This document shows positions 1-9,651 of a DNA stretch of 64,000 bases, piece after piece (position 1 is the first letter of the stretch; each line of letters starts with the position of its first letter). Below the pieces are notes generated by a model, which saw only the letters and a list, made by a program, of their open reading frames with translations, did no database searches and had not been told where the DNA came from. Source of the stretch: a virus; the IMG/VR virus record IMGVR_UViG_3300025141_013870, positions 32,001 to 96,000 of that record. One strand, 5' to 3'. The translations under genes and the position numbers were made by a program.

Positions 1-1
1 G

Positions 2-1465
2 GGATCTCTTTCAAATTCTATCTTCGATACAAACGTTTCAAGTGAGATTAATGACATCTTTAGAAACTATGCCAAGCTCATTGGAATACTAAAGCTTGAC
101 AACCTTGTCACTGGATCTGGTGCGGATGCGTTTAATAATAACAAATTTACGCTAGCAAGAGTTGCTCTTTCAAATGGAATTGCAAACGATAGTAGTGGAA
201 ATCCAAGCATATCAGCTACAGCAAACTCTGTAATAACAGGTTCTGCAAAGGAGCATATGCTTGAGACTTCGTATATTAGAAATGCTACGCCAGATGCAAG
301 TAACTACACTGTATCTGATGGCGTCGCATCTAGAAGTAGAATGACAATGGCATCTCTATCTGCTTTAACGTCATCTGTCTACTTCAATAGATTTACAGAT
401 TATAACAAGTTTACCAACTTCATGTATGGCGGATTTGACGGTCTGAATATTCTTGATACGAATATGGGGCGGATGGACGATAAGTCAACATCATCTGACA
501 CTGGAGGATTAGCTGTCGGAGGAGACCTCGACATAGGCTTGAGTGATACAAATGAGTTTGGAGCGGGAAGCAGGAATAATATAGTCGCTTCTTATAGGGT
601 TGGTGCGGAGATCCTAACAGATCCAATGGCATCAAGGGTGAACATACTATTGGTTCCAGGAATAAGAGATGGTGCGTTAACCGACTTTATTCAGTCTCGT
701 CTATCTAGCTATAGCAAGGCATTCTTTGTCATGGATCTTCCTGCATATGATGCTGACCAGAAGAGATTATTTGCTGATAGCGCAAAGGCGCCAAATGTTG
801 CTAAGACATCAGAACAATTTGACGGAAGGGCACTGAATAATAACTACTCAGCGACGTATTTCCCAGATGTTACAATAGAGGATCCCATTAATAATCAACC
901 TGTTAAGGTTCCTGCATCCGTTGCAGTATTGGGAGCGCTAGCATATAATGATAATGTTGCATACCCCTGGTTCGCACCAGCGGGATTCAACAGGGCAGCT
1001 CTGGACTTTGTTTCAAATGTAAAGGTGAGGTTGAATCAATCAGATAGAGATACTCTCTATGATGCAAGGATTAATCCCATAGCAACCTTCCCATCAGCAG
1101 GGTATGTGATATTTGGGCAGAAGACCCTACAGCTTGCAAAGAGCGCGCTAGATAGGGTTAATGTTAGAAGGATGCTCCTCGAGGTTAAGAGGCTTGTTGT
1201 AGATGTTGCAAACAAGATCGTCTTCGAGCAAAACACACCTGAGACACGGGCTAGATTCGTCTCACAGGTGACACCTCTTCTTGCAACCATCCAGAGTCAG
1301 CAAGGAATAGATCAGTTCAAGGTAGTGATGGATGCAAGTAATAACTCACAGGATGATGTTGAGAACAACATATTAAACGGAAGAATCGTTCTTGTTCCCA
1401 CAAGAGCTGTTGAGTTCATAGCAATGGACTTCATCATAACCAACGCTGGCGTAAGCTTCGAGTAG
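2..1465 (+). CDS. Contractile tail sheath protein 1 (5' truncated by window edge)
   Basis: Frame is open from base 2, upstream of the listed ATG at 257. C-terminal sheath signatures YPWFAPAGFNR, INPI, FGQKTL, LDRVNVRRML, IVFEQN and IVLVPTRAVEFIAMDF. Confidence 0.93.
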   Translation, partial: GSLSNSIFDTNVSSEINDIFRNYAKLIGILKLDNLVTGSGADAFNNNKFTLARVALSNGIANDSSGNPSISATANSVITGSAKEHMLETSYIRNATPDASNYTVSDGVASRSRMTMASLSALTSSVYFNRFTDYNKFTNFMYGGFDGLNILDTNMGRMDDKSTSSDTGGLAVGGDLDIGLSDTNEFGAGSRNNIVASYRVGAEILTDPMASRVNILLVPGIRDGALTDFIQSRLSSYSKAFFVMDLPAYDADQKRLFADSAKAPNVAKTSEQFDGRALNNNYSATYFPDVTIEDPINNQPVKVPASVAVLGALAYNDNVAYPWFAPAGFNRAALDFVSNVKVRLNQSDRDTLYDARINPIATFPSAGYVIFGQKTLQLAKSALDRVNVRRMLLEVKRLVVDVANKIVFEQNTPETRARFVSQVTPLLATIQSQQGIDQFKVVMDASNNSQDDVENNILNGRIVLVPTRAVEFIAMDFIITNAGVSFE

Positions 1466-1504
1466 GGAATAGATATTCATGACTATGCATTTTGGAGATA
1501 ATAA

Positions 1505-4500
1505 ATGGCTGAGGTAACTTATAGTAGCGCTGGGGTCTACACCACAGAGATAGATCAAACCGGCCCAACAACATCTGTTCCTTCCGGTGTGCCCGGCGGA
1601 ATCATAGGAACTGCAGACGAAGGTCCTGCATATGTACCGATAACAATTGGAAGCTATAGTGATTTTGCTCGTATTTTTGGAGCGACAGATGGAGAGAAGT
1701 TTGGACCGCTTGCAGTTCATCAGTTTCTAAAGAATGCTCAGTCTCTAACGTATACTAGGGTCCTTGGGATAGGAGATGGCAAGAAGAGAGATACCGGAAC
1801 TGGAAAGGTTACAAACGCTGGATTTGTGGTAGGCGCAAAGACAGTTCAGGATAATGGAAATGTTGGTAGGAATCCCTACGCAATAGATGATGGTGTTCCA
1901 GGAAAGACATACTTCCTCGGCTGTTTCATGTCAGCATCAGCGGGATCAACACTATTCACTGACGCTGGAATTCAGAAGTCGAATGAAAATCAGGCACGAC
2001 CAATCGTTAGAGGCGTGCTAATGGCTCCATCCGGAGTTCTTCTCAGGCTGTCTGGAGCAGGCGCCGTAGGAAACTCACAGGGTGCTCCTTCTGCAATACT
2101 TTCTGCAGTTAATCCAACAGCTGCAGGTGACGAAGGCACTGGCATGGTAGGAGGAATAACTGGGTCTGTAAACATAGCAACGAAACGATTTGTCATGCTC
2201 TTAAACGGTCACCTAAAGACAGGCGACGCTCCCAATGTTATAACAGCGTCATTCGACCTAGAAGACGCCAGCTATTTTGCAAACGTCTTAAATACAGATC
2301 CCGCAAAGATCGAAGAGAAGGGACACCTCCTATATTCTCACTATGACATCCACCCAGCCCTTGCTGCTGTGACAGGAACTGGCGTGTTTGTGGCAACTCA
2401 CGCTTTTCCAAGCGCAAGCGCAGGCGGCCCTGCCTTAGAGCCTCTAGCATTCCTAACAACGGGATCAGCTGGTAGAAATACAGGCACATCCACTGCTCCA
2501 GATTATGAGTCATTTGAGGAGAGATTTACTCACGCAAAATCTCCATTTGTGATATCACAGACGTTCGGTGGAACAAAGTATAGCATAGTGAGAATTCACG
2601 CTCTTGGAGATGGAAGATATACAAATACAAACATAAAGATCTCTATAGAGAACATAAAGCCATCCACATCTGACGCATACAAGTATGGAACATTTGATCT
2701 TCTCGTTAGGAAGTTTGAAGACACAGATCTTGAAAAGAAGGTCTTAGAAGCGTATAGAGGAGCAAATCTTGATCCAAGTAGTGACAAGTTTATAGCAAGA
2801 ATTATCGGAGATATGTATTCATACTTTGACTTCGATCAAGCATCCTCGTCACAAAAGCTTGTGCTTGCAGGAGATCACCCTGTTCGATCAAACTACATCA
2901 GAGTTGAGCAAAGTACTCATCTCAAAAACGGACAGGTTCCAAAGGATGCACTTCCATTTGGATTTAGAGGACCTGATCACCTAGTCACGTCAGGAAGCGC
3001 GCCGCTAGAGGGTGGATTCTATTCAGGTGCTCTCCTCCAGGCTGGCTTTAACGACCGGTCCCTGCTTAACATGGCAGTTGAGCCTCCAGTCCCCCTAAGA
3101 AAGAATATTGTGATGGGATCTTTGCCAAACCTGATCCAGGATGCCACGTGGTATTGGGGAGTCAAGTTTATGCAGACTGTGGCTATTGCAGACGGCGTTA
3201 ATAACACTATAACCCTGAAGAATCTAACAGTTGATAATTTTACAAAGTTCTTCCCGTCTTACGGAGGGTCTAATAGAGACGTTTCAGTTGGAAATAACCC
3301 AGGAGTAGCAGACTCTGGTGGGACAGTATTAGATTGTGATAGGTTTAATAACAATATATTCACACTTGAGAGACTGACTATTAGAACAGGATCTGATGGA
3401 AAAGCAGATCCTAATGAGTGGGTTAGTGCATCATACACGAGAACTGGGAATATAACTGCAAATGAGACAAACAAGACTAGGGCACTAAAGTCATCAGATC
3501 TGTCTGTGCAGGGAAATAGAACCTTCTGCAAGTACTCATTCTTCCTCCAGAGAGGATTTAACGGTAGCAATATTTTCGATAAGGATAAGGAGAAGATGCT
3601 TAATGCAGCAGTTCGTCGAGAGATGGATGACTCAACTGCTCAAGGCGGAACATCAGGACCAACAGTATCAGCCTATAGAAAGGCACTGGATATAATGGGA
3701 ACCAAGTCTGATGTTGACATCAAGCTGCTAGCGATTCCCGGAATAAGACACTCATCTGTGTCAGATTACGCTATTGACACTGTTGAAAGTAGATTTGACG
3801 CCATGTATGTGATGGACATCGAGGAGAGAGACGAGATGAACTCTGTCATAACATCCTCAGTGGGATCATTTGCAAATGTCTCAAACACTGTCACGGAGTT
3901 TAAGGGAAGAGCGCTAGATACATCTTTTGCAGCAGCATATTTCCCTGACGTCATTATGACAGATCCCACGACGCACACAAACGTTCAGTGTCCGCCATCA
4001 GTTGCTGTTATGGGTGCAATGTCGCTGAATGACGCTGTGGGATATCCGTGGTTCGCACCGGCAGGATTCACACGAGGAGCGCTGGGAGACGTTCTCTTTG
4101 CAGACGTTAGTCTAAACAAGACCAATATGGATGATCTTTACGATGCAGATATCAACCCTCTCACAGCATTCCCGAATACAGGTGTGATGGTATTTGGACA
4201 GAAGACACTTCTAGCAGCTGCATCAGCTCTTGACAGGGTTAACGTTAGAAGGCTGTTAATAGACATAAGGAGAAAGGTTAGAAATATCGCTAATCTCATG
4301 CTATTTGAACCTAACAGGCAGGAGACGCTTGACAAGTTCAGTGCTCTAGTTCAGCCGGTCCTTCAAAGCATACAGGAAAAGAGCGGCGTGGATAGATTCA
4401 AGGTTGTTATAGATGCAACAACTACCACACAAACAGACATTGAGAATAACACTCTTCGTGGAAAGATCTTCTTACAACCCACGAGAACTGCAGAGTTTGT

Positions 4501-4552
4501 TGCACTGGACTTCGTCCTAACAAATGCTGGAGATGCATTTGAGAATGCATAA
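1505..4552 (+). CDS. Contractile tail sheath protein 2
   Basis: N-terminal SAGVYTTEIDQT and GTADEGPAYVP; C-terminal YPWFAPAGFTRG, DRVNVRRLL, FEPN, LQPTRTAEFVALDF. GGAG RBS upstream. Confidence 0.95.
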   Translation: MAEVTYSSAGVYTTEIDQTGPTTSVPSGVPGGIIGTADEGPAYVPITIGSYSDFARIFGATDGEKFGPLAVHQFLKNAQSLTYTRVLGIGDGKKRDTGTGKVTNAGFVVGAKTVQDNGNVGRNPYAIDDGVPGKTYFLGCFMSASAGSTLFTDAGIQKSNENQARPIVRGVLMAPSGVLLRLSGAGAVGNSQGAPSAILSAVNPTAAGDEGTGMVGGITGSVNIATKRFVMLLNGHLKTGDAPNVITASFDLEDASYFANVLNTDPAKIEEKGHLLYSHYDIHPALAAVTGTGVFVATHAFPSASAGGPALEPLAFLTTGSAGRNTGTSTAPDYESFEERFTHAKSPFVISQTFGGTKYSIVRIHALGDGRYTNTNIKISIENIKPSTSDAYKYGTFDLLVRKFEDTDLEKKVLEAYRGANLDPSSDKFIARIIGDMYSYFDFDQASSSQKLVLAGDHPVRSNYIRVEQSTHLKNGQVPKDALPFGFRGPDHLVTSGSAPLEGGFYSGALLQAGFNDRSLLNMAVEPPVPLRKNIVMGSLPNLIQDATWYWGVKFMQTVAIADGVNNTITLKNLTVDNFTKFFPSYGGSNRDVSVGNNPGVADSGGTVLDCDRFNNNIFTLERLTIRTGSDGKADPNEWVSASYTRTGNITANETNKTRALKSSDLSVQGNRTFCKYSFFLQRGFNGSNIFDKDKEKMLNAAVRREMDDSTAQGGTSGPTVSAYRKALDIMGTKSDVDIKLLAIPGIRHSSVSDYAIDTVESRFDAMYVMDIEERDEMNSVITSSVGSFANVSNTVTEFKGRALDTSFAAAYFPDVIMTDPTTHTNVQCPPSVAVMGAMSLNDAVGYPWFAPAGFTRGALGDVLFADVSLNKTNMDDLYDADINPLTAFPNTGVMVFGQKTLLAAASALDRVNVRRLLIDIRRKVRNIANLMLFEPNRQETLDKFSALVQPVLQSIQEKSGVDRFKVVIDATTTTQTDIENNTLRGKIFLQPTRTAEFVALDFVLTNAGDAFENA

Positions 4553-4606
4553 AAAATATGGAACACAATACTTATAGCTGAATAGTTATCTTTAGGAGAA
4601 ATATAA

Positions 4607-5098
4607 ATGGCTGAAACACTTTCCGTCACCGACATGCTTCCCAATAAGTTCGAACCGAAAAGACAATTTCGGTGGATCTTTGCCATAGAGGGAATAGACG
4701 CATTCTTGATGAAGACAACAAATAGACCCCAGGTAACTTTCCAGGTGTCAACACTTAACTTTATCAACGCTAAGAGATACCTAGCAGGAAGAATGGAATT
4801 TTCCACAATGGGACTCACGCTCTACGACCCAATAGCACCATCTGGTGCGCAACAGGTTATGGAGTGGATTAGAACCGCATATGAATCAGTATCTGGTAGA
4901 GCAGGATATGCAGATTTCTATAAGAGAGACATTCAGTGTAAACTTCTTGATCCAATTGGAACGGTTGTTGAGCTTTGGGATATAAAGGGAGCGTTTATCA
5001 CAGATGCCAACTTCAACGCACTTGATTATGGTAATGAGGAAGCACCCATAGAGATATCACTAACACTTCGGTATGACAACGCTGTTCTTCAATTCTAA
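4607..5098 (+). CDS. Tail tube protein (T4 gp19-like)
   Basis: 163 aa directly after the sheath; FEPKRQFRW, LYDPIAPSGAQQVMEW, WDIKGAFIT, ISLTLRYD pattern typical of myovirus tube proteins. Confidence 0.88.
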   Translation: MAETLSVTDMLPNKFEPKRQFRWIFAIEGIDAFLMKTTNRPQVTFQVSTLNFINAKRYLAGRMEFSTMGLTLYDPIAPSGAQQVMEWIRTAYESVSGRAGYADFYKRDIQCKLLDPIGTVVELWDIKGAFITDANFNALDYGNEEAPIEISLTLRYDNAVLQF

Positions 5099-5120
5099 TA
5101 AATTTTTACATTCATTGATT

Positions 5121-5152
5121 AAAAGACCCGTTTATCGGGTCTTTTTTATTTT
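5121..5152 (+). terminator. Rho-independent terminator after the sheath-tube operon
   Basis: AAAAGACCCG-TTTAT-CGGGTCTTTT perfect 10-bp stem followed by a T-rich tract. Confidence 0.85.
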
Positions 5153-5203
5153 ACTTATTTACTTTTTTGTATAATGATTATATGAATAAAAATCGGAGAT
5201 AAA

Positions 5204-6010
5204 GTGTCTAGTAATATTCCAATGCAAAACGTCATGAAGGAAACATTTAACTGGGATGTGCCAGTTGAGGCAATCCCCATCCCATCAGAGGGCAGGGTGT
5301 ATCATCCTGATACGTCTCTATACGGAAAGCAAATGCTTGAAATAAAGGCAATGACAGCACAGGAGGAAGACATACTTGCATCACGTGCGCTTATAATGCA
5401 AGGAACTGTCATAACACATCTAATCCAGTCATGTCTTGTGGATAAAACTGTAAATGTTAGAGACATGTTGATCGGGGATAGAAATGCTCTAATGATAGCA
5501 GTTAGGATCACTGGGTATGGAAGTAACTATAGCGCAGAGTCTGTTTGCCCAGAGTGCGATGAGAAAAGTGTTCAGGATTATAACCTTGGAGAGCTTGAGA
5601 TTAAAAGGCTAGACTTGTCACCTGCAAGAGATGGAGAGAATCTATTTTCATTTAAGTTACCAATAACAAAAAAGACAGTTGAGTTTAAGTTTCTTACCGG
5701 CGCAGATGAGGAAGAGAGATCTCTCGTCATGGAGAGAAAGAAGAAGATGATGCCCAACATGAAGGTTGACTCCACTGTGACGTCCAAGCTGGGTCAGACA
5801 ATCGTATCTGTTGACGGAGTGATTGAAAAGAATAAGGTTAATAGCTTTGTTAAGAACATGCCGGCTAGGGATTCTAGATCGCTTAGGACTTATGTTCAAA
5901 AACACGAACCTGGCATAGATATGAATGTGTGGATGAAATGTCCACACTGTTCTGAGTCATCTAAGGTATCACTCCCGATCGGAGGCAATTTTTTTTGGCC
6001 TGATGAGTAA
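5204..6010 (+). CDS. Tail assembly chaperone / baseplate hub assembly protein (gp26-like)
   Basis: Lies between tube and tape measure; IKAMTAQEEDIL, GDRNALMIAVRITGYG, two CxxC pairs (CPEC, CPHC), ends NFFWPDE. Confidence 0.7.
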   Translation: MSSNIPMQNVMKETFNWDVPVEAIPIPSEGRVYHPDTSLYGKQMLEIKAMTAQEEDILASRALIMQGTVITHLIQSCLVDKTVNVRDMLIGDRNALMIAVRITGYGSNYSAESVCPECDEKSVQDYNLGELEIKRLDLSPARDGENLFSFKLPITKKTVEFKFLTGADEEERSLVMERKKKMMPNMKVDSTVTSKLGQTIVSVDGVIEKNKVNSFVKNMPARDSRSLRTYVQKHEPGIDMNVWMKCPHCSESSKVSLPIGGNFFWPDE

Positions 6011-6260
6011 TTGGAGAGAGTCTTTTTTAGAAGAGGCATTTCTATTACAATATCACCTAAAAATGAGTTACTCTGATGTGAGAAGTCTACCTGTACCTTA
6101 TCGTAGGTGGTTTTTAGATAGGCTAGCGACAGAGTTCAACAATCAAGCAGAGGCTGCTAAAAAGTCTCGCAACAGTGATCCAGGAAGAACGTCAGTCACA
6201 CAGGACATCCCAATGGGTGAGGTGATGGAAAGATTAGCCTCTAGAGAAAAGAAGTTTTAG
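6003..6260 (+). CDS. Second tail chaperone ORF (possible frameshift extension of the upstream gene)
   Basis: Overlaps the upstream stop in the +1 frame; LLQYHLKMSYSDVRSLPVPYRRWFL resembles the short ORFs that precede tape-measure genes. Confidence 0.6.
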   Translation: MSNWRESFLEEAFLLQYHLKMSYSDVRSLPVPYRRWFLDRLATEFNNQAEAAKKSRNSDPGRTSVTQDIPMGEVMERLASREKKF

Positions 6261-6305
6261 GGGACTTTCACCTGCCTAATATGTATAAGAGAAGGGTAGT
6301 GTCGC

Positions 6306-9300
6306 ATGGGCAAAGACGATCTTAAATCTCAGTTAGAATTTACAAAACAGATTAAGGCGAACATAGGAGCCATAAATCTTAAGCTAGCTGATCAGATAAA
6401 GATGCAAAATCTTGTTAATCTATCCCTAAAGGGCCAGCTTGACAAGGCAGCTGAAGCAGGAAACATAACCGACGAGGCTATGAAAAAGGCGGGCATAAGT
6501 GCAACAACTGCCTCGGGAGCAGTGGGATCAGTAGCGGGATCTCTTGATGCAACAGGTGTAGCTGCTGATGAGGCTGGCGCAAAGACAGAGGGACTGGCTG
6601 CAAAGGCTATTAACGCTGCAGACGCCACCATGCAGGCGTGGGATGCCACAGGAGATTTTTTTAATGGTCTCATCTCAAAACCTGTTGCGAATGAGCTAGA
6701 CACCATACAGACCCTGTATGGCGGACTTACTGGTCCAGGTGGTCCGTTTGCATCAAGAAATCAACTCTCAAAAAAGCTTGTAGATACAACTATGGGTCTG
6801 AATCGTGAGATGACGGACATGGATGGGAAGTGGGCCAAGCTTTTCGGAAGAGATCCGAGAGATTCAATTGGTGAACTTTCCGATGTAATGGGTGAATTCA
6901 ATACGCTAGTAACAGGAGATCAGGGAGTCGTTGATGGCCTTCGCATAGTCAATGACCTTTCAGCTGATAATGTAATAGCGATGAAGGCATACTCAAAGGC
7001 AGCCATGCTTGACATAACTGATGTACAAAACATCATGTCACGTGAGATAAGCCGGACAGGAAAAGCAGGAACTTCGATGATTGAAGAGGTAGCTGTCTTC
7101 TCTAAGAAGCTAGCTGCAGCAACAGGCGATTCAGCCAAGCAGATATCACAAAACATGGTCAAGATAATTGACGATACAGATAATTTTGCCAATGTCACTG
7201 TCGCCCAGGCTGCAAGAATTAGCGTCACGCTCCGACAATTGAGCCTAAGCTATGAAGATCTCGCTGGAGCAACTGGTCAATTCATGGACTTTGAGGGAGC
7301 TGCTGATAGTGTGTCAAAGCTAACGTCAGTGTTCGGCATACAGATGGATGCAATGGATATGATGATGGCTGCGCAGGAGGATGAGGATACGCTTCTAATT
7401 AAGATGAGAGACTCATTCCTCAATGCAGGAATCTCAGCTAGAGATCTCACAAAGTCGCAGAAGGCAGTCATAAAGGAGGCACTGAACCTGACAGACATCC
7501 AATCTGTCGAAAGATTGCTTGATCCAACAAAGGCCATATCAGGAATGGCAGACCTCGCAGCTGTCACAGATGAAGGTGTAGGCTCCATGGAGGAGAATAT
7601 GGAGCTCCTTCGAGAGGACATCAACGACCTTGACTCGGCTATGCGTCACACGTCGAAGAAGATGGCTGCTCACATAAAGGAAAGCTTCCTAGCTCCTACA
7701 CAGCAGAGTCTAATTGAGTTTGATGTCGCGATGGGAGGTGTAGGACGAACAATAAAGTCAGCTATTCCAAAGTCTGCTGCAATGTCGATGAAGTTCTTTG
7801 GAAAGAGTCTATCAGAGGTTGCTGGGATAGATGAGGCCAAGCTCAAGATGCTCAAGGAGAACCTCGGCGGAATAGCTAATCTACTTAAGGAGGCTGGAAT
7901 AGCCCTTAAGGATAGTGATCTAGGAAAGGAGCTTGGAGGGCTGTTAGAGAAGACAGGCATGAAGAAGGACATGGAGTCCATAACTGGCGGAATCCAGAGC
8001 TCTCTTGGTGAGATGACAACGGCATTCTCAAAGTCAGTTGATAACATGATCAAAGCTCTCGATAAGGCGGGTCTTCTAGGGGAATCTCCGTCTCCTATCG
8101 GTAGAAACATAGCCGGAGGAATTGAGACTCCGTTTACGATGGCTTTTGAGTCGATGAAGGTAACACAGCTCAAACACGCAAAGTGGACAGAGAAGCAGAT
8201 AGCAGTAGGAATGCTTGACGCAAATAAGGACAAGGACTACAGAGAAAAGCTTGTTAAAAAATATTATAAGAAAATACAGAAGGAGCAGACAAAGTCTGAA
8301 AATGTACACAAAAAGGCTAAAGAGAAGCTGCAAAAGGCAGATGCAAAGCTTGCTGGTGATGCGGATAATAAGAGGCTCCAGGAGGCAGCCAAGGTAGCCA
8401 AGAAAAAGGCAGATATAACTGGCAATGCCATGCACGATGCTCAAAAGGCAGTGCAACTTTTCGAGAACAGGAAGGCAACCACAGACTGGAAGGATGCATC
8501 AAGATCATATGAGGTAGCAAAGGCTAAGATCGACGCAGAGCAGGAGCTCACGAGGGGGATCATTGACCAGAGCAAGGAACAGCTCAAGGTCAAGAAGAAG
8601 ACTGATTTGCAGATTATTGAGTCAGCAAAGGCTAAGGCTGCTGCGGAGAAAAAGGATGCCCAGGTAGCTGTGAAGAGACGGTCTGCTATGCTTGGTCGAG
8701 AACTTAAGGATAGAGAGAGCTTCTACGGAGCTGAGGCTAGAAAGCTCGGAGCTTCTGGCAAGACATATGATCAGCTATCAGAGAAGGATAGGGAGTTCTA
8801 TAGAGACAAGCTCAACCTTGGAAAGAACTATCAGGCTGAGCTCCAGAAGATAATGTCTGGAGAGACATTCCAGGAGGGACAGGCTGAGTTCAAGCAGAAG
8901 CAAAAGTCAGTGAAAATTCTTGAAGGTATGAAGGCTCGCGCTCTGAAAGGAGATTTCGATGCCGACAAGCTTAGTGAAAAACAGCTAAAAGATCTGAAAG
9001 AGAAACACGGACTAACAAAGGAGATGATTAAGGAGGCGACGGCGAAAGGAAGCAACATCACAGATATCGCCACCACGGGAGCATCAGCGAAACACGCATC
9101 TCTAATATCGAAGGAGAAGGAGAAGACAGAGGAGAAGGGAGAGAGTAAGTCATCAAAGGCTGCTGCCCGTGCGAGTCGTGCCCAGGCAAAACAGTTACAG
9201 GCGCTTACTGAGGTAACCGAGCATAACGGGAAGCTGATAGAGATCGTGGCTACAGAGATCGATAAGCTTTACACCATGCTTGATAAGAAACAGTTCACTC

Positions 9301-9395
9301 AGGATGTTGAGGTTCAGCTAGGAGGAAAAGATATCGTAGACTATATAGTAGATAATTCACGGGGAAACAAGGGCCAGATCGCTCTAGTCACATAA
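6306..9395 (+). CDS. Tape measure protein
   Basis: 1029 aa, Ala/Gly/Lys/Asp-rich and predicted helical, at the canonical position after tube and chaperones. Confidence 0.8.
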   Translation: MGKDDLKSQLEFTKQIKANIGAINLKLADQIKMQNLVNLSLKGQLDKAAEAGNITDEAMKKAGISATTASGAVGSVAGSLDATGVAADEAGAKTEGLAAKAINAADATMQAWDATGDFFNGLISKPVANELDTIQTLYGGLTGPGGPFASRNQLSKKLVDTTMGLNREMTDMDGKWAKLFGRDPRDSIGELSDVMGEFNTLVTGDQGVVDGLRIVNDLSADNVIAMKAYSKAAMLDITDVQNIMSREISRTGKAGTSMIEEVAVFSKKLAAATGDSAKQISQNMVKIIDDTDNFANVTVAQAARISVTLRQLSLSYEDLAGATGQFMDFEGAADSVSKLTSVFGIQMDAMDMMMAAQEDEDTLLIKMRDSFLNAGISARDLTKSQKAVIKEALNLTDIQSVERLLDPTKAISGMADLAAVTDEGVGSMEENMELLREDINDLDSAMRHTSKKMAAHIKESFLAPTQQSLIEFDVAMGGVGRTIKSAIPKSAAMSMKFFGKSLSEVAGIDEAKLKMLKENLGGIANLLKEAGIALKDSDLGKELGGLLEKTGMKKDMESITGGIQSSLGEMTTAFSKSVDNMIKALDKAGLLGESPSPIGRNIAGGIETPFTMAFESMKVTQLKHAKWTEKQIAVGMLDANKDKDYREKLVKKYYKKIQKEQTKSENVHKKAKEKLQKADAKLAGDADNKRLQEAAKVAKKKADITGNAMHDAQKAVQLFENRKATTDWKDASRSYEVAKAKIDAEQELTRGIIDQSKEQLKVKKKTDLQIIESAKAKAAAEKKDAQVAVKRRSAMLGRELKDRESFYGAEARKLGASGKTYDQLSEKDREFYRDKLNLGKNYQAELQKIMSGETFQEGQAEFKQKQKSVKILEGMKARALKGDFDADKLSEKQLKDLKEKHGLTKEMIKEATAKGSNITDIATTGASAKHASLISKEKEKTEEKGESKSSKAAARASRAQAKQLQALTEVTEHNGKLIEIVATEIDKLYTMLDKKQFTQDVEVQLGGKDIVDYIVDNSRGNKGQIALVT

Positions 9396-9408
9396 GAGGT
9401 ATATAAAA

Positions 9409-9651
9409 GTGGGATTGATTGACGATGTATTACAAGGTGAGCTATTTACTCACTACGCAGACCAGCTCACCGAGGAGGAAAGGGCTCTCGTGGAGGATAA
9501 TGTGAGAAAGATGTTGTCAACCGCTGAAGGTGTCTATTCTAATCTAAGGTCAGTCATGGCAGATGAGCAAGGAAGAAATGCCATATCTGACGCATTGGAA
9601 TATTTAATCTCTGAAGAGGGACAGAAGACGTGGCAACAAGACAAAAGCTAA
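9409..9651 (+). CDS. Hypothetical protein (tail module)
   Basis: GTG start with GAGG RBS, coupled between tape measure and the next gene. Confidence 0.55.
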   Translation: MGLIDDVLQGELFTHYADQLTEEERALVEDNVRKMLSTAEGVYSNLRSVMADEQGRNAISDALEYLISEEGQKTWQQDKS

